DNA of 53,017 bases, taken from NCBI GenBank assembly GCA_003210695.1, contig QCUW01000001.1, positions 1 through 53,017 on the forward strand, read 5' to 3'. Position numbers and translations under genes: made by a program. Of the stretch, positions 13,232 to 24,454 are shown in pieces (the first letter of the stretch is position 1; each line of letters opens with the position of its first letter). This DNA comes from Prochlorococcus sp. AG-679-P15. GTDB lineage: Bacteria > Cyanobacteriota > Cyanobacteriia > PCC-6307 > Cyanobiaceae. The notes under the pieces were generated by a model. That model made no database searches. It was not told the origin of the DNA and was given only the letters and a program-made list of their open reading frames with translations.

Positions 13232-15304
13232 TTATAAATTCTTAATTAGATCAATTTGAGATCGATTTGAATTTCCGCTTTTTTTTTCGTAATTCCCATC
13301 TTTATTCATTTCCCATGAGTAATAATTATCATCAATATAAGTTTGCAAAAGATCATATAGTCGAGATTTCAACTTTAAGTCTTCTATAGGTGTTACGGCT
13401 TCTATTCTTCTATCTAAATTTCTTCTCATCCAGTCTGCACTTCCAATGAACACTTCCGAATCGTTGTTATTGTAAAACCAAAAAATTCTAGAATGTTCAA
13501 GAAAATGACCAATAATGCTTTTTACAGTAATATTTTCACTTAAATTCTCTCTTTTAGGATAAAGACAACAAACACCTCTAATAATAAGATAAATTTTAAC
13601 TCCCGTTTGAGAAGCAGAATAAAGCAATTTAATAATTTCTGGGTCTACTAATGAATTCATTTTTGCAATAATTTCAGCTTTCTCTCCCTTTTTTGCATTT
13701 TCTATTTCTCTATTAATTAAATAGATGAATTTCTTTCGTAGTGATGTCGGAGATACTAATAATTTCTCAAAAGTATTTTGTTTAGAGAATCCTGATAAGT
13801 AATTAAATAATTCAATTAAATCGGATGAGATTTCAGGATTTGTTGAAAGTAACCCTAAATCTGTATAAAAAAGAGAAGTGTTTGAATTATAGTTTCCAGT
13901 TCCGATATGAAAATAGTTTCTTAATCTTCCTTTTTCTTTTCTAACAATTAATGCAATTTTTGTATGTGTTTTAAAGCCTAGTACTCCATAAACGACATGA
14001 ATGCCGGCTTGTTCAAGCTGCTTTGCCCATTGAATGTTGTTATCTTCATCAAATCTTGCTTTGAGCTCAACAAGAGTCATTACTTCTTTCCCATTTTCAG
14101 CGGCTCTCATCAAAGCTTCAATAATGGGAGAATCCTTTGAAACTCTATAAAGGGTAATTTTAATAGCTAACACAAGCGGATCATCAGCGGCTTTATTGAT
14201 AAATTCTTCCACTGAAGTTTTAAATAAATCGTATGGGTGATGAAGAAGAATATCTTGTTTTCTAAGAATGCTAAAAATAGAGTTAACTTTATTATTAGAG
14301 GTGTCCAGTGATTTTAATAATGGATGTGTTTTCCCAATTAATAAATTTTCTTTTAAATCATCTCGGTTAATTTTTGTTAGATAATTCAAATCGTCCAAGC
14401 CCAATAAGCTTTTGCAAAAGTAAATATATTCTTCTGTTATTCCAATACTTTCAATAAGTAATTTTAAAATGTTATTAGGAATATTTTCCTCTACCTCTAA
14501 CCTGACTACATCGCCCCCTAATCTCCTTTTTTGCAAGCTTTGTTCGACGGCTATAAGTAAGTCGTCAGCTTCAAGTTCTTTTAATTCTAAATCTGCGTCT
14601 CTTGTCACTCTAAAAAAAGAATAACTAAGACAGTTCATCCCATTAAATAATGCATTAATATTGTTTCCAATCAAGTCTTCAACAGTTATAAAATAGTGCT
14701 TATTCTCATCTTCAGTTTCAATAATTTCGTTTGGAATTAGTATAAATCTGCCAATATTTTTTGTTGGGATTTTTATTCTTACAAATTGATTTTTAGATTC
14801 TTCTCCATCATTAATAAGAGCTGCCAAATTAAGACTTAAATTACTTATAAAAGGAAATGGGTGAGCAGGATCAACAACTAATGGGGTTAACAAAGGAAAG
14901 ATTGAAGATAGGAAATAATTGTTACACCAATTTTTTTGATTTTCATTGAGTTCATGATATTTTTTAATGAAAATTCCTTCATTCTTGAGTTCAATATTTA
15001 ATTCATTGTTTAAATAGTTTTCTTGCAAAGTTGTGAGGCACTTTACTTCTTTGTTTATTTTTTTTAATTGTTCTTTTGGCGTGAGTCCATCAATACTTTT
15101 TTTTCTAATCCCTGCTTCAACCTGAGCTTTTAGTGAGGCAACTCTAACCATAAAAAATTCGTCAAGATTATTACTGAAAATTGAAAAAAATTTAATTTTA
15201 TCTAGTATTTTGTAGTCTTTCTCCATCCCAGTAAGAAGTACTCTTTTATTAAAATCGATCCAACTTAATTCTCTATTAATGTAATTATTAGGTTCGTATT
15301 TCAT
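13232..15304 (-). CDS. ppk1: Polyphosphate kinase 1
   Basis: NRELSWIDFN, NLDEFFMVRVA, ELKARFDE, GTGNYN, GSADWMRRNLDRRIE. Confidence 0.98.
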   Translation of the reverse strand: MKYEPNNYINRELSWIDFNKRVLLTGMEKDYKILDKIKFFSIFSNNLDEFFMVRVASLKAQVEAGIRKKSIDGLTPKEQLKKINKEVKCLTTLQENYLNNELNIELKNEGIFIKKYHELNENQKNWCNNYFLSSIFPLLTPLVVDPAHPFPFISNLSLNLAALINDGEESKNQFVRIKIPTKNIGRFILIPNEIIETEDENKHYFITVEDLIGNNINALFNGMNCLSYSFFRVTRDADLELKELEADDLLIAVEQSLQKRRLGGDVVRLEVEENIPNNILKLLIESIGITEEYIYFCKSLLGLDDLNYLTKINRDDLKENLLIGKTHPLLKSLDTSNNKVNSIFSILRKQDILLHHPYDLFKTSVEEFINKAADDPLVLAIKITLYRVSKDSPIIEALMRAAENGKEVMTLVELKARFDEDNNIQWAKQLEQAGIHVVYGVLGFKTHTKIALIVRKEKGRLRNYFHIGTGNYNSNTSLFYTDLGLLSTNPEISSDLIELFNYLSGFSKQNTFEKLLVSPTSLRKKFIYLINREIENAKKGEKAEIIAKMNSLVDPEIIKLLYSASQTGVKIYLIIRGVCCLYPKRENLSENITVKSIIGHFLEHSRIFWFYNNNDSEVFIGSADWMRRNLDRRIEAVTPIEDLKLKSRLYDLLQTYIDDNYYSWEMNKDGNYEKKSGNSNRSQIDLIKNL

Positions 15305-15321
15305 TATGGCGATTTTATTTA

Positions 15322-16599
15322 TTAATTATATGAAATTTTGTTATTTTTTCCTTCAGCAATAAGGTATATCATAAATAGTAAAATAATTGACCCTGCAATA
15401 AATGGTGATCTAGGACCAAATTCGTCATAAACTCTTCCAGCCATTGCTATTCCCAAAACTCCACCAAGACTTTGGAGACCTTGCAAATTACTAAGTATTG
15501 AGCCTTGGTTATCACCATCTAATTTTTTTGATATTAATGCTCTTAATGTAGGTGTGATTAAACCTGCCCCAACAGCTAAAAAGGAGACGGCAGAATAAAT
15601 ATTTACTGTAGCATCTTCTTTAGGGGAAGTTATCAGAAGGATACATGCTAAAAGAATAAATCCTGAACCAATTAAGGTTAATCTCATTTCTCCAAATTTT
15701 TTTACTAGAGGACCAATTAGTCCTCCTTGTACGATTATTGCTATTACTCCAACTACCACGAGAGTTCCACTTGATGCTTTAGTTGTCCAATTAAGAGATT
15801 CTTGTAGGAAAAATATTAAAATATTTGTTAGTCCAGTAAAAGCTATGAAATATATAAAAAAAGCTAGAGATAATTTTCTAATTTTTTCTTCTTTAAAAAC
15901 TTTAAATAATTGTTTTAAAGGGTTTTTTATAAGTTGTTTCGATTTGTTTAATTCATTTTTGGGCTTAGTTTCGGGTAAATAAAAGAATACAAGCATAAAG
16001 TTAATAATTGGAATTATTGAAGCTATTATTACTGGGATGATAAAATTATTATTAGTATTTTTAGCAAAAATTACAACGAATATATTCCCTAAGAAAAAAC
16101 TTAGACCAAATGCTACCCCAATAAGTCCAAATGTTTTTGCCCTTTTTTCAGGGCTAGAAATATCTGCAAGAATAGTAGTCGCAGTTGCTGCAGTTCCACC
16201 ACTAAGACCATCTATAAGTCTTGCAATAAATAACAAAAATAAGGGGATCGTAGCTATTGAAGTTGACCAATCAAATAAAACTGTAAAAGATAAAATTGAT
16301 ATTCCGATAATTGAACCAGTTATACAAAAAAGAGTTACGGGTCTTCTTCCATATCTATCGCTCATAAGGCCAATAAAAGGAGAAGCTGTAAATTGCGCTA
16401 ATTGATAAGTACAAGATAGTAAACCATAAGTACTAGCTTTTGAGTCAAAAAGTAAAACAAAAGAAGGTAAAATTGGCAGAAGAATACTTTCGCTTAATCG
16501 ATCATTTAGGAGAGTTACAAAAGCACTAAATAAAGTGAATTTTCTACTTGACTTGAATAAACTTTTATTCACGATATTTACATTCAATTCGATTTTCAT
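15322..16599 (-). CDS. MFS transporter, TetA/DHA1-like
   Basis: MFS motif A GLMSDRYGRRPV, ARLIDGLSGG, LPET; about 12 TM segments. Confidence 0.9.
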   Translation of the reverse strand: MKIELNVNIVNKSLFKSSRKFTLFSAFVTLLNDRLSESILLPILPSFVLLFDSKASTYGLLSCTYQLAQFTASPFIGLMSDRYGRRPVTLFCITGSIIGISILSFTVLFDWSTSIATIPLFLLFIARLIDGLSGGTAATATTILADISSPEKRAKTFGLIGVAFGLSFFLGNIFVVIFAKNTNNNFIIPVIIASIIPIINFMLVFFYLPETKPKNELNKSKQLIKNPLKQLFKVFKEEKIRKLSLAFFIYFIAFTGLTNILIFFLQESLNWTTKASSGTLVVVGVIAIIVQGGLIGPLVKKFGEMRLTLIGSGFILLACILLITSPKEDATVNIYSAVSFLAVGAGLITPTLRALISKKLDGDNQGSILSNLQGLQSLGGVLGIAMAGRVYDEFGPRSPFIAGSIILLFMIYLIAEGKNNKISYN

Positions 16600-16611
16600 C
16601 TACTACCATAC

Positions 16612-17403
16612 TTGTTAATGGAGATTAATGTGCCCGGTATAGTTTATTTGGTGGGAGCAGGTCCCGGAGACCCTGAGCTGCTAACTTTAAAAGCTTTAAA
16701 ACTTATCAAAAGTTGTGATGCTTTGGTTCATGATGCATTAGTTTCTGCTGAAATTATTCAAGAAACTAGCGAGAATACTGAAATATTTAATGTAGGTAAA
16801 AGGGCTGGCAAGTGTTCCGTTTCTCAAACTGACACTAATACACTTCTTGTAAAATTAGCAAAGGAAGGAAAGAGTGTTGTAAGGCTCAAAGGGGGTGATC
16901 CATTTGTTTTCTCAAGAGGAGGAGAAGAGGTAACTTTTCTTGAAAAAAATGGTATTTTAGTTGAAATTGTGCCTGGTATTACTTCCGGTATAGCTGCTCC
17001 AACATATTTTGGGATTCCATTAACTCATCGAGAAGCAGGAAGCTCTATAACTTTCGTTACTGGTCATGAAGATATTAATAAGGACAAAAAGAGTGTTAAT
17101 TGGAGAACTTTAGCTAAATCATCCGACGGTTTAGTAATTTATATGGGTATTAGAAATATAGAATTTATCACTAAAGAACTAATTTTAGGTGGATTAAATG
17201 AGCATACCAAATGTGCTGTTATTCAAGAAGCAACTTTGCATAATCAAAAATGTTTGATTTCAGAATTGGGGAATCTAGCAGAGACAATTAGGAATAAAGG
17301 TTTTACTGCACCATCAATAGTTGTTATTGGAAGTATTGTTAATTTTAAAGTGAATAACTATATAACTAACCTATCAGATGCTTCTTTGCCAGAGAAAAAA
17401 TAA
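16612..17403 (+). CDS. cobA: Uroporphyrinogen-III C-methyltransferase
   Basis: VGAGPGDPELLT, VRLKGGDP..RGGEE, VPGITS. Exact start uncertain (16612, 16618 or 16630). Confidence 0.95.
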   Translation: MLMEINVPGIVYLVGAGPGDPELLTLKALKLIKSCDALVHDALVSAEIIQETSENTEIFNVGKRAGKCSVSQTDTNTLLVKLAKEGKSVVRLKGGDPFVFSRGGEEVTFLEKNGILVEIVPGITSGIAAPTYFGIPLTHREAGSSITFVTGHEDINKDKKSVNWRTLAKSSDGLVIYMGIRNIEFITKELILGGLNEHTKCAVIQEATLHNQKCLISELGNLAETIRNKGFTAPSIVVIGSIVNFKVNNYITNLSDASLPEKK

Positions 17404-17405
17404 TA

Positions 17406-18233
17406 CTATTTATACAATAAATCCCACAAATACTTTGGATCAAAGATTGTTGTAAATTTTATATCATTAACTTTATTAATTTGCCTACAAGATAAACTAT
17501 TAATTGCAATTAAAATATCATTTTTATAGAATTTTGGTAAGATAAATTCTTCCTTTATTATTTTTAATTCTAAAGCTTTTTTAACCATAATTCCTTGAAG
17601 ACATCCACTTTCTTTTCTTGGTGTAATCCATGTATTATTTCTTTTTAGTAAAATATTAAAAGTGCTGCCACAACACAATTCATTTGCTGTATTTAACATT
17701 AAACAATCATCAAATAATTTTTTATTAGCTTCTATTAATACTTGTATGGATTGATTATATGAAAAAGTTTTGCATTGATTAATTAAACTGTATTGATTTC
17801 TTTTTTCTGTTTTACTAATAAATGCACTTATTGGAGAAAAATTAGGTTCTATAAGATAAAATTCAATCCATAAATTATTGATATCATAATCTTGCTGATT
17901 TTTATTAATTCTTATTGATCTGCCTTTATTCAAACCTCTGCTGTAATTAATCCTTATTGATCCAAATTGATCGTTTTTAAGAGATAATTTTTTTATACCT
18001 AAGCTAATTATATCTTTCAGATATGATTTATTAATATTCAAACTTATATTTAAAACTCTACTGCTGTTTTCTAGTCTTTGAATATGTTCGTCTATTAAAA
18101 TAGCATTATTATTTTTTATTAAAACAGTTTCGAAGATTCCATCACCAAATTTTAGACCTCTATCATTTGCTGAGATATAAATATTTTCAATATCTAGCCA
18201 TTTATTTTTATGCCAACCTATGCTTATTGTCAT
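17406..18233 (-). CDS. Class IV aminotransferase, probable 4-amino-4-deoxychorismate lyase (PabC-like)
   Basis: DRGLKFGDGIFET, HIQRL, GCLQGI; overlaps the pabB-like gene. Confidence 0.8.
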   Translation of the reverse strand: MTISIGWHKNKWLDIENIYISANDRGLKFGDGIFETVLIKNNNAILIDEHIQRLENSSRVLNISLNINKSYLKDIISLGIKKLSLKNDQFGSIRINYSRGLNKGRSIRINKNQQDYDINNLWIEFYLIEPNFSPISAFISKTEKRNQYSLINQCKTFSYNQSIQVLIEANKKLFDDCLMLNTANELCCGSTFNILLKRNNTWITPRKESGCLQGIMVKKALELKIIKEEFILPKFYKNDILIAINSLSCRQINKVNDIKFTTIFDPKYLWDLLYK

Positions 18234-19549
18234 TTCAACGAATCAATTAAAGGCAAAAGTTTCCACTTTAGTTCCTCTGTTTCAGTTTGTGGATCAGAAT
18301 CACTAACTATGCCGCAACCAGCAGATATATTAATTTTTTTATTTTTTACTATAAAAGATCTTATAAGTATATTGCTATCAAACTCTCCATTCCAGTCAAC
18401 CTTGATAAATGATCCGCAGTAAGGTCCTCTTGAACTTTTTTCTATTTCAAATAGTCTTTGGCAGGATCTTAATTTTGGAGCGCCGGTTATAGAGCCTCCA
18501 GGCCAACAAGCAGTTAGTAAGTCAACCCAGCTTTTAGTTCTTTTTAATTTTCCTTTAATTACAGATGTAAGATGGTGTACTTTTAAATAGCTTTCAAGTT
18601 TCAATATTTCTGGTACCTCAATACTTCCTATTTCGCATACTTTGCTTAAATCATTTCTTAACAGGTCCACAATCATAATATTTTCAGCTCTATCTTTTTC
18701 GTTAGTTATTAAATCTATAGCATTTAAAGCATCTTGATTTAAATCTTGATGTCTGGCTCTTGTGCCTTTAATAGGCCTTGATTCAACATAACCTTCTTTG
18801 TCTATTTTTAAAAATCTTTCAGGGGAAGTTGATAATACTGCCTCATTTATACCTTTTGAATTATTTATAATAATTCCGCCAAAGGGGGCCTGCAATTTGC
18901 TTCTTATCTTTGAATATATACTTAAAGAACTATAAGTTTCTAAAGCTTCAACTTCACATTGTGCAGTTAGATTTGCTTGAAAAATATCTCCTATTGATAT
19001 TAATTGTTTAACTTTTAAAATATCTTGTTGAAATTGTTTGCTTAATTCTTTTAAATTAATTTTTGAAAAATTAAATTTTATGTTATTAATTGTAGATTTT
19101 TTTTCTCTTTGAATATCAATACCAGAAATGATATTTTCATATTTAATTAATTCATCAGAGTTAGTCCCCTCAAGAATTATTTCATTTGAAACTAGATTAA
19201 ATTTAATAATTGGATCATAAGATGCTATCCATAAAGTCGATATTTCATTATTTTTCCATGGATTTTTTGGTTCGATGTATGCACCCGCCTCAAAGTTTAA
19301 CCATCCAATCCAAAATCCTTTCTCAATTTTTTTTAATTTTAAAAATGGATTATTTTCACTATCTAAATTAGATATATCTCTTGAGCAAATAATTTCTTTT
19401 GGGTTGACTCCTAAAAAAGACCATTCACCATTTTCTTTGCCATCACTATCTAACCATGACAATCCATGGTCGCCAAATTTTAATGCAAAATGATTAGCTA
19501 TCAATTCTGGATCGAGCCATTTAGATAGTTTTTTTGTTTTAATTTGCAT
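18230..19549 (-). CDS. pabB: Aminodeoxychorismate synthase component I
   Basis: SPERFL, PIKGT, KDRAENIMIVDLLRNDL, PGGSITGAPK. The PIKGT lysine is PabB-type. Confidence 0.88.
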   Translation of the reverse strand: MQIKTKKLSKWLDPELIANHFALKFGDHGLSWLDSDGKENGEWSFLGVNPKEIICSRDISNLDSENNPFLKLKKIEKGFWIGWLNFEAGAYIEPKNPWKNNEISTLWIASYDPIIKFNLVSNEIILEGTNSDELIKYENIISGIDIQREKKSTINNIKFNFSKINLKELSKQFQQDILKVKQLISIGDIFQANLTAQCEVEALETYSSLSIYSKIRSKLQAPFGGIIINNSKGINEAVLSTSPERFLKIDKEGYVESRPIKGTRARHQDLNQDALNAIDLITNEKDRAENIMIVDLLRNDLSKVCEIGSIEVPEILKLESYLKVHHLTSVIKGKLKRTKSWVDLLTACWPGGSITGAPKLRSCQRLFEIEKSSRGPYCGSFIKVDWNGEFDSNILIRSFIVKNKKINISAGCGIVSDSDPQTETEELKWKLLPLIDSLK

Positions 19550-20213
19550 TCTTTTTCAGTTTCCATTTTCTGTAGGCAGTTTGTCTAATTCTGCAACTAT
19601 CGCATTTTCCGCAAGGTTCTAAATTTCCTGAATAACAACTCCATGTTTTTTCTAGAGGGACATTATTATCAAAAGCTAATTGAATAATATCTTCTTTATT
19701 TAAATCTATTAAAGGTGTCCAAAGTTTAATTGGATTTTCTTCCCTACCACGTTTGTTGGCAAGGTTAGCTAACTCTTGAAACTTTTTAACGTAATCAGGT
19801 CTGCAATCGGGATATCCGGAATAATCTAATGCATTAACTCCTAAGCCTATTAAATCAGCATTTATCGCTTCGGCATAACTTAATGCAACAGAAATAAAGA
19901 TTGTATTCCTTCCAGGTACATACGTATTGGGAATCGTATTTAGCTGAATACCATCAACAGGTAAATCCTTTTTTATATCTGTTAGAGATGAACCGCCCCA
20001 TAAAGATAAATCAAGCTTTATTATTTTGAATTCTTCTATTTCAAAGTGTTTGGCTATTGTTAATGCGGAATCTAATTCTTTTTTATGTCTTTGCCCGTAG
20101 TCAAAAGATAAGCCAAATATCTTTGCTTTGTGGGATTTTGCTAAGCCTGTAACGGTAGAAGAATCTAAGCCTCCTGATAATAAAATTACTGCTGATTTGT
20201 TTTTTAAATTCAT
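19539..20213 (-). CDS. queC: 7-cyano-7-deazaguanine synthase
   Basis: SGGLDS, YGQRH, YVPGRN, GYPDCR, WSCY..CGKCDSC. Confidence 0.96.
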   Translation of the reverse strand: MNLKNKSAVILLSGGLDSSTVTGLAKSHKAKIFGLSFDYGQRHKKELDSALTIAKHFEIEEFKIIKLDLSLWGGSSLTDIKKDLPVDGIQLNTIPNTYVPGRNTIFISVALSYAEAINADLIGLGVNALDYSGYPDCRPDYVKKFQELANLANKRGREENPIKLWTPLIDLNKEDIIQLAFDNNVPLEKTWSCYSGNLEPCGKCDSCRIRQTAYRKWKLKKNAN

Positions 20214-20218
20214 ATAAA

Positions 20219-20890
20219 CTATTTAATCTTTAAGTATTTATGTGTCTGAAGACTGAGTTTCCATTCAGGATTTTTTTTAACAAAATCAATTGTAAGGGAA
20301 AATCCATAATCGTTTTCCCATGCAGGCTGCAGATAATATTTTTTATTCAACTTATGAAAATTGCCTTTTTCGGATAATTTCTTTATTTTGTTAATTATTT
20401 CCTGCTTTATATCATTTGCAAAATCAATATCTTTTTGATTGTTGATAATTACTTTTAATTCATTACAATTCTCTAAAAAATAAGTTTTTGGTGGTAGGTG
20501 TCTTTTGGGGGATAAAGTAATCCAATCATAATTTCCTGATATTTCGTTTACTCCACTTGTTTCAATATGAATTTTTATTGGATTTTGTTCTCCTTTAGAA
20601 GTTTCTTTGTTTATAGCTTGACATAAATTATCTAAATTATGATGTAATGGCTCACCACCTGTGATAACTAAAAAAGATGCTCCTTTTTCTCGAGCCTTTT
20701 TTGTCTCATTTACAATTTTTTCGATTGATATTAAAGGATACTTTTTTTGATCCCAAGAATGCCTAGTATCGCACCATGAACATCCAACGTTACATCCGGC
20801 TAGTCTTATAAAAAAAGCACTTTTACCGGTATGAAAACCCTCTCCTTGTAATGAATGAAATTTTTCTACTAATGGTAAGAAATTTGTCAT
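20219..20890 (-). CDS. queE: 7-carboxy-7-deazaguanine synthase (radical SAM)
   Basis: SLQGEG, CNVGCSWCDT, TGGEP, TLSPK, LSLQTHK; adjacent to queC. Confidence 0.92.
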   Translation of the reverse strand: MTNFLPLVEKFHSLQGEGFHTGKSAFFIRLAGCNVGCSWCDTRHSWDQKKYPLISIEKIVNETKKAREKGASFLVITGGEPLHHNLDNLCQAINKETSKGEQNPIKIHIETSGVNEISGNYDWITLSPKRHLPPKTYFLENCNELKVIINNQKDIDFANDIKQEIINKIKKLSEKGNFHKLNKKYYLQPAWENDYGFSLTIDFVKKNPEWKLSLQTHKYLKIK

Positions 20891-20917
20891 TATTTCATTC
20901 AACAAAAATAAGCAATA

Positions 20918-22528
20918 TTAATTTGATTGAGCTATTTTTTCTTGAGACGCTTTTATTAAGCCTTTAAATAATGGATGTGGCTTTCCAGGTCTTGATAAAA
21001 ATTCAGGATGGTATTGACATGCTAAAAAATAAGGATGATTTTCTAATTCAATTAATTCTACTAATCTGCCATCTGGAGACGTGCCACTAATTTTATAACC
21101 GGAATCTAAAAAACTTTGTTTGTAATAATTATTAAATTCATATCTATGTCGATGTCTTTCGTAAATAACATCCTCGTTATATAGTTCTTTACCAGTTGTA
21201 TGCTTTTGAAGTCTACAAGGATAAACTCCTAATCTCATAGTGCCCCCCAAGTCAACAATATCTTCTTGTTCAGGCAATAAATGTATAACCGGATTTGGAG
21301 ATTCAGGTTCCAGTTCAGAGCTTGATGCTCCAGGTAATTGAGCTACATTTCTTGCCCATTCTATTACTGCACATTGCATTCCTAAACATAAACCTAGAAA
21401 TGGAATTTTATTTTCTCTAGCAAATTTTATTGCTGAAATTTTTCCATTCACTCCTCTATTTCCAAATCCTCCTGGAACGACAATTGCATCAACATCATTT
21501 AAAAAATTCTCGGCTGATTTTTCTTCGATCATTTCAGCACTCACCCAATGCAGATCTAATAAAGCTTTTTGTTCAATGCAAGCATGCCTTAATGCTTCCA
21601 CTACTGATAAATATGCATCACCAAGTTCTATATATTTTCCAACTAAAGCTACTTTTATTGGTTGGCCGGGATTTCTAAGATTATGAATTATTTTTTCCCA
21701 ATTTTCTAAATCACATTCTTTATCCTCGAGTTCTAGACACTTTAAAGTCTCTTTACATAAACCTTCTTTCTTTAAAGAAAGAGGAACAGAATAAATACTA
21801 TCAGCATCTAATGCTTCAATTACAGAATTAAGATTAACTCCGCAGAAACCACTGAGTTTTCTTTTAAGACCTTCATTAATTTTTTTATCACTTCTACATA
21901 CAAGTAAATCTGGTTGTATACCGATGGATCTTAACTCCTTAACTGAATGTTGAGTAGGTTTAGTTTTTATTTCGCCAGAAGTTTTGATATATGGAAGTAA
22001 AGTTACGTGTATATAAGCGACATCATTTTTATTAACATCATTTTTAAATTCTCTTATTGCTTCTAAAAATGGTAGAGATTCAATATCTCCTACTGTTCCT
22101 CCAATCTCAGTTATAACAATATCTGCATTGCTGTTAGCTGCTACTCTGTGAATTCTTTCTCTTATTTCTCTTGTTATGTGAGGAATAACTTGCACTGTAC
22201 CACCGTTGTAATTCCCTCTTCTTTCTTTATTAATGACCGCTTGGTAGATAGATCCAGTAGTGACACTATTTAAACGAGTCATTGCAGTGTCAGTAAATCT
22301 CTCGTAGTGACCTAAATCTAAATCTGTTTCAGCTCCATCTTCGGTAACGAAAACTTCGCCATGTTGAAATGGACTCATTGTCCCTGGGTCAACATTTAGA
22401 TAAGGATCTAGCTTAAGTATTGAAACGCTATATCCTCTTGATTTTAATAATCTCCCTAAGCTAGCCGCAACAATACCCTTACCAATACTTGAAACAACTC
22501 CTCCAGTAACAAAGACAAATTTTGACAT
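20918..22528 (-). CDS. pyrG: CTP synthase
   Basis: [43 protein letters not shown]. Confidence 0.99.
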   Translation of the reverse strand: MSKFVFVTGGVVSSIGKGIVAASLGRLLKSRGYSVSILKLDPYLNVDPGTMSPFQHGEVFVTEDGAETDLDLGHYERFTDTAMTRLNSVTTGSIYQAVINKERRGNYNGGTVQVIPHITREIRERIHRVAANSNADIVITEIGGTVGDIESLPFLEAIREFKNDVNKNDVAYIHVTLLPYIKTSGEIKTKPTQHSVKELRSIGIQPDLLVCRSDKKINEGLKRKLSGFCGVNLNSVIEALDADSIYSVPLSLKKEGLCKETLKCLELEDKECDLENWEKIIHNLRNPGQPIKVALVGKYIELGDAYLSVVEALRHACIEQKALLDLHWVSAEMIEEKSAENFLNDVDAIVVPGGFGNRGVNGKISAIKFARENKIPFLGLCLGMQCAVIEWARNVAQLPGASSSELEPESPNPVIHLLPEQEDIVDLGGTMRLGVYPCRLQKHTTGKELYNEDVIYERHRHRYEFNNYYKQSFLDSGYKISGTSPDGRLVELIELENHPYFLACQYHPEFLSRPGKPHPLFKGLIKASQEKIAQSN

Positions 22529-22602
22529 TAAATATTTTTAATTAAGCACTACCTCCTTATATTTTATTTAAACAAAAAATTTATTGATCATCCATAAATA
22601 GT

Positions 22603-24399
22603 TTATTCATCAATTGTTATTTCAATATCTAATTCTTTTAATTGGGATTTAGATACATTTGAAGGAGCGTTTGTTAATAGACATTTTGCTTGCTGATTTT
22701 TTGGAAAAGCAATTGTTTCTCTAATTGAATCTACTCCTAAAATCAGCATTGTTATGCGATCTAACCCAAATGCTATCCCCCCATGGGGTGGAGCACCCAT
22801 TTCTAAGGCTTCTATTAAAAATCCAAATTTTTCATCAATCTCTTTATCAGTAAGCCCTACTGTTTTCAGAACCTCGCGTTGCAAGTTCGCTTCATGAATA
22901 CGTAAAGAGCCACCTCCTAACTCCAATCCATTAAGAACTAAGTCATAAGCATTGGCTATAGAGTTCTCAATTTCTTTTTTAAAGTTTTCAGAATCTTTAA
23001 ACTTTATATTCTTTGGAGAACAAAAAGGATGATGTAAAGCTTCATATCTATTTTCCTCTTCATTTCTCTCAAACATCGGGAAATCAGTTACCCATAAGAA
23101 ATTCCATTTATTTTTATCTATGAGATTTAAGTCTTTTGCGATGTATTGTCTCACTCTATCTAATGACTGGTTGACAATTTGTTTATCTCCAGCTCCCAAG
23201 AGGATTAAGTCTCCATCTTGTGCTTCTGCGATTCTTAAAATATCAGATATATGTTCTTCACTTAAATTATTTTTAATTGCCCCAATAGTCTCTAGCTCAT
23301 CTCCTTTAACCCTTATAAAGGCCAAACCACCAGCTCCTGCATCTTGAGCTACTTGGAAGATATCACCTCCTGGTTTAATTCTTACGTTGCTAATATTTGA
23401 ATTACCTCCTTTGACTGTTATGGATTTTATGGAACCTCCAGACTTGATTGCCTTGGTGAAAATATTAAAGCCAATATCTCCTAATACTTCTCCTAAATCT
23501 TTTAATAACATTTGATATCTAGTATCTGGTCTATCAGTGCCGTAATTATCTATTGCTGTTTGCCATGACATTCTTGGAAAGGCATTATCAAAATTAATAT
23601 TTAAAACTTCTTTCCATATTTTTTTTATAAGTCTTTCATTAAAAGAAATTATTTCTTCTTCACTAATAAAGCTCATCTCAATATCTAATTGAGTAAACTC
23701 TGGCTGTCTATCTGCCCTTAAGTCTTCATCACGAAAACATTTTGCGATTTGATAATACTTGTCCAAGCCCCCAACCATTAAAAGTTGTTTAAATAGTTGT
23801 GGGGACTGAGGTAGAGCAAAAAATTCTCCATTCGAAAGACGGGCGGGAACAAGAAAATCGCGAGCGCCTTCTGGAGTTGATTTTGTAAGTAATGGAGTCT
23901 CTACTTCTGTAAATCCAAAATTATCAAGAAATTCTCTAGCAACTTTAATAATCTTATGTCTTGTTTTTAAATTTTCTAATAATTTTCCCCTTCTTAAATC
24001 AAGGTATCTATATTTTAATCTGAGTTCCTCTTTTGTATTCTCATAATCATGTATTGAAACTGGAAAAGGTAAGTTTTTTTTAATTTGGTTGAGAATTTGC
24101 AAATCTTTAACCTTAAGCTCTAACTCTCCAGTACTTAAATTTTGATTTATTGAATCTTTGGGCCTTTCATTAATAATTCCGCTAACCATTATTACAGTCT
24201 CATTTCTTAGAGTTTCTGCCTGTTTAAACAGATTTGCTCCATCATCGGGGTTAATTGTTATTTGTAAGAACCCACTATGGTCTCTTAAATCAATAAAAAT
24301 TACACCACCATGATCTCTTCTTCTATCTACCCATCCACATAGATTAACTAATTTACCAATATCTGTATTATTGAGTTCTTTACAAATTTTGTTTCTCAT
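22603..24399 (-). CDS. aspS: Aspartate--tRNA ligase, probably non-discriminating (Asp/Asn)
   Basis: [47 protein letters not shown]. Confidence 0.98.
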   Translation of the reverse strand: MRNKICKELNNTDIGKLVNLCGWVDRRRDHGGVIFIDLRDHSGFLQITINPDDGANLFKQAETLRNETVIMVSGIINERPKDSINQNLSTGELELKVKDLQILNQIKKNLPFPVSIHDYENTKEELRLKYRYLDLRRGKLLENLKTRHKIIKVAREFLDNFGFTEVETPLLTKSTPEGARDFLVPARLSNGEFFALPQSPQLFKQLLMVGGLDKYYQIAKCFRDEDLRADRQPEFTQLDIEMSFISEEEIISFNERLIKKIWKEVLNINFDNAFPRMSWQTAIDNYGTDRPDTRYQMLLKDLGEVLGDIGFNIFTKAIKSGGSIKSITVKGGNSNISNVRIKPGGDIFQVAQDAGAGGLAFIRVKGDELETIGAIKNNLSEEHISDILRIAEAQDGDLILLGAGDKQIVNQSLDRVRQYIAKDLNLIDKNKWNFLWVTDFPMFERNEEENRYEALHHPFCSPKNIKFKDSENFKKEIENSIANAYDLVLNGLELGGGSLRIHEANLQREVLKTVGLTDKEIDEKFGFLIEALEMGAPPHGGIAFGLDRITMLILGVDSIRETIAFPKNQQAKCLLTNAPSNVSKSQLKELDIEITIDE

Positions 24400-24454
24400 C
24401 TAAGTATTATATATTTATCAATAACTTATAATAATTCTTTAAGGGTAAATTTAG

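Noticed and set aside
15322-16599. Acquired tetracycline-resistance gene
   Set aside because: Generic DHA1-type MFS in core context, with no TetR or mobile element; substrate cannot be inferred.
19539-20890. queC/queE as a 7-deazaguanine DNA-modification or QatABCD defence system
   Set aside because: No dpdA, TatD or ATPase partners; the genes sit in a housekeeping operon with pyrG and pabB.
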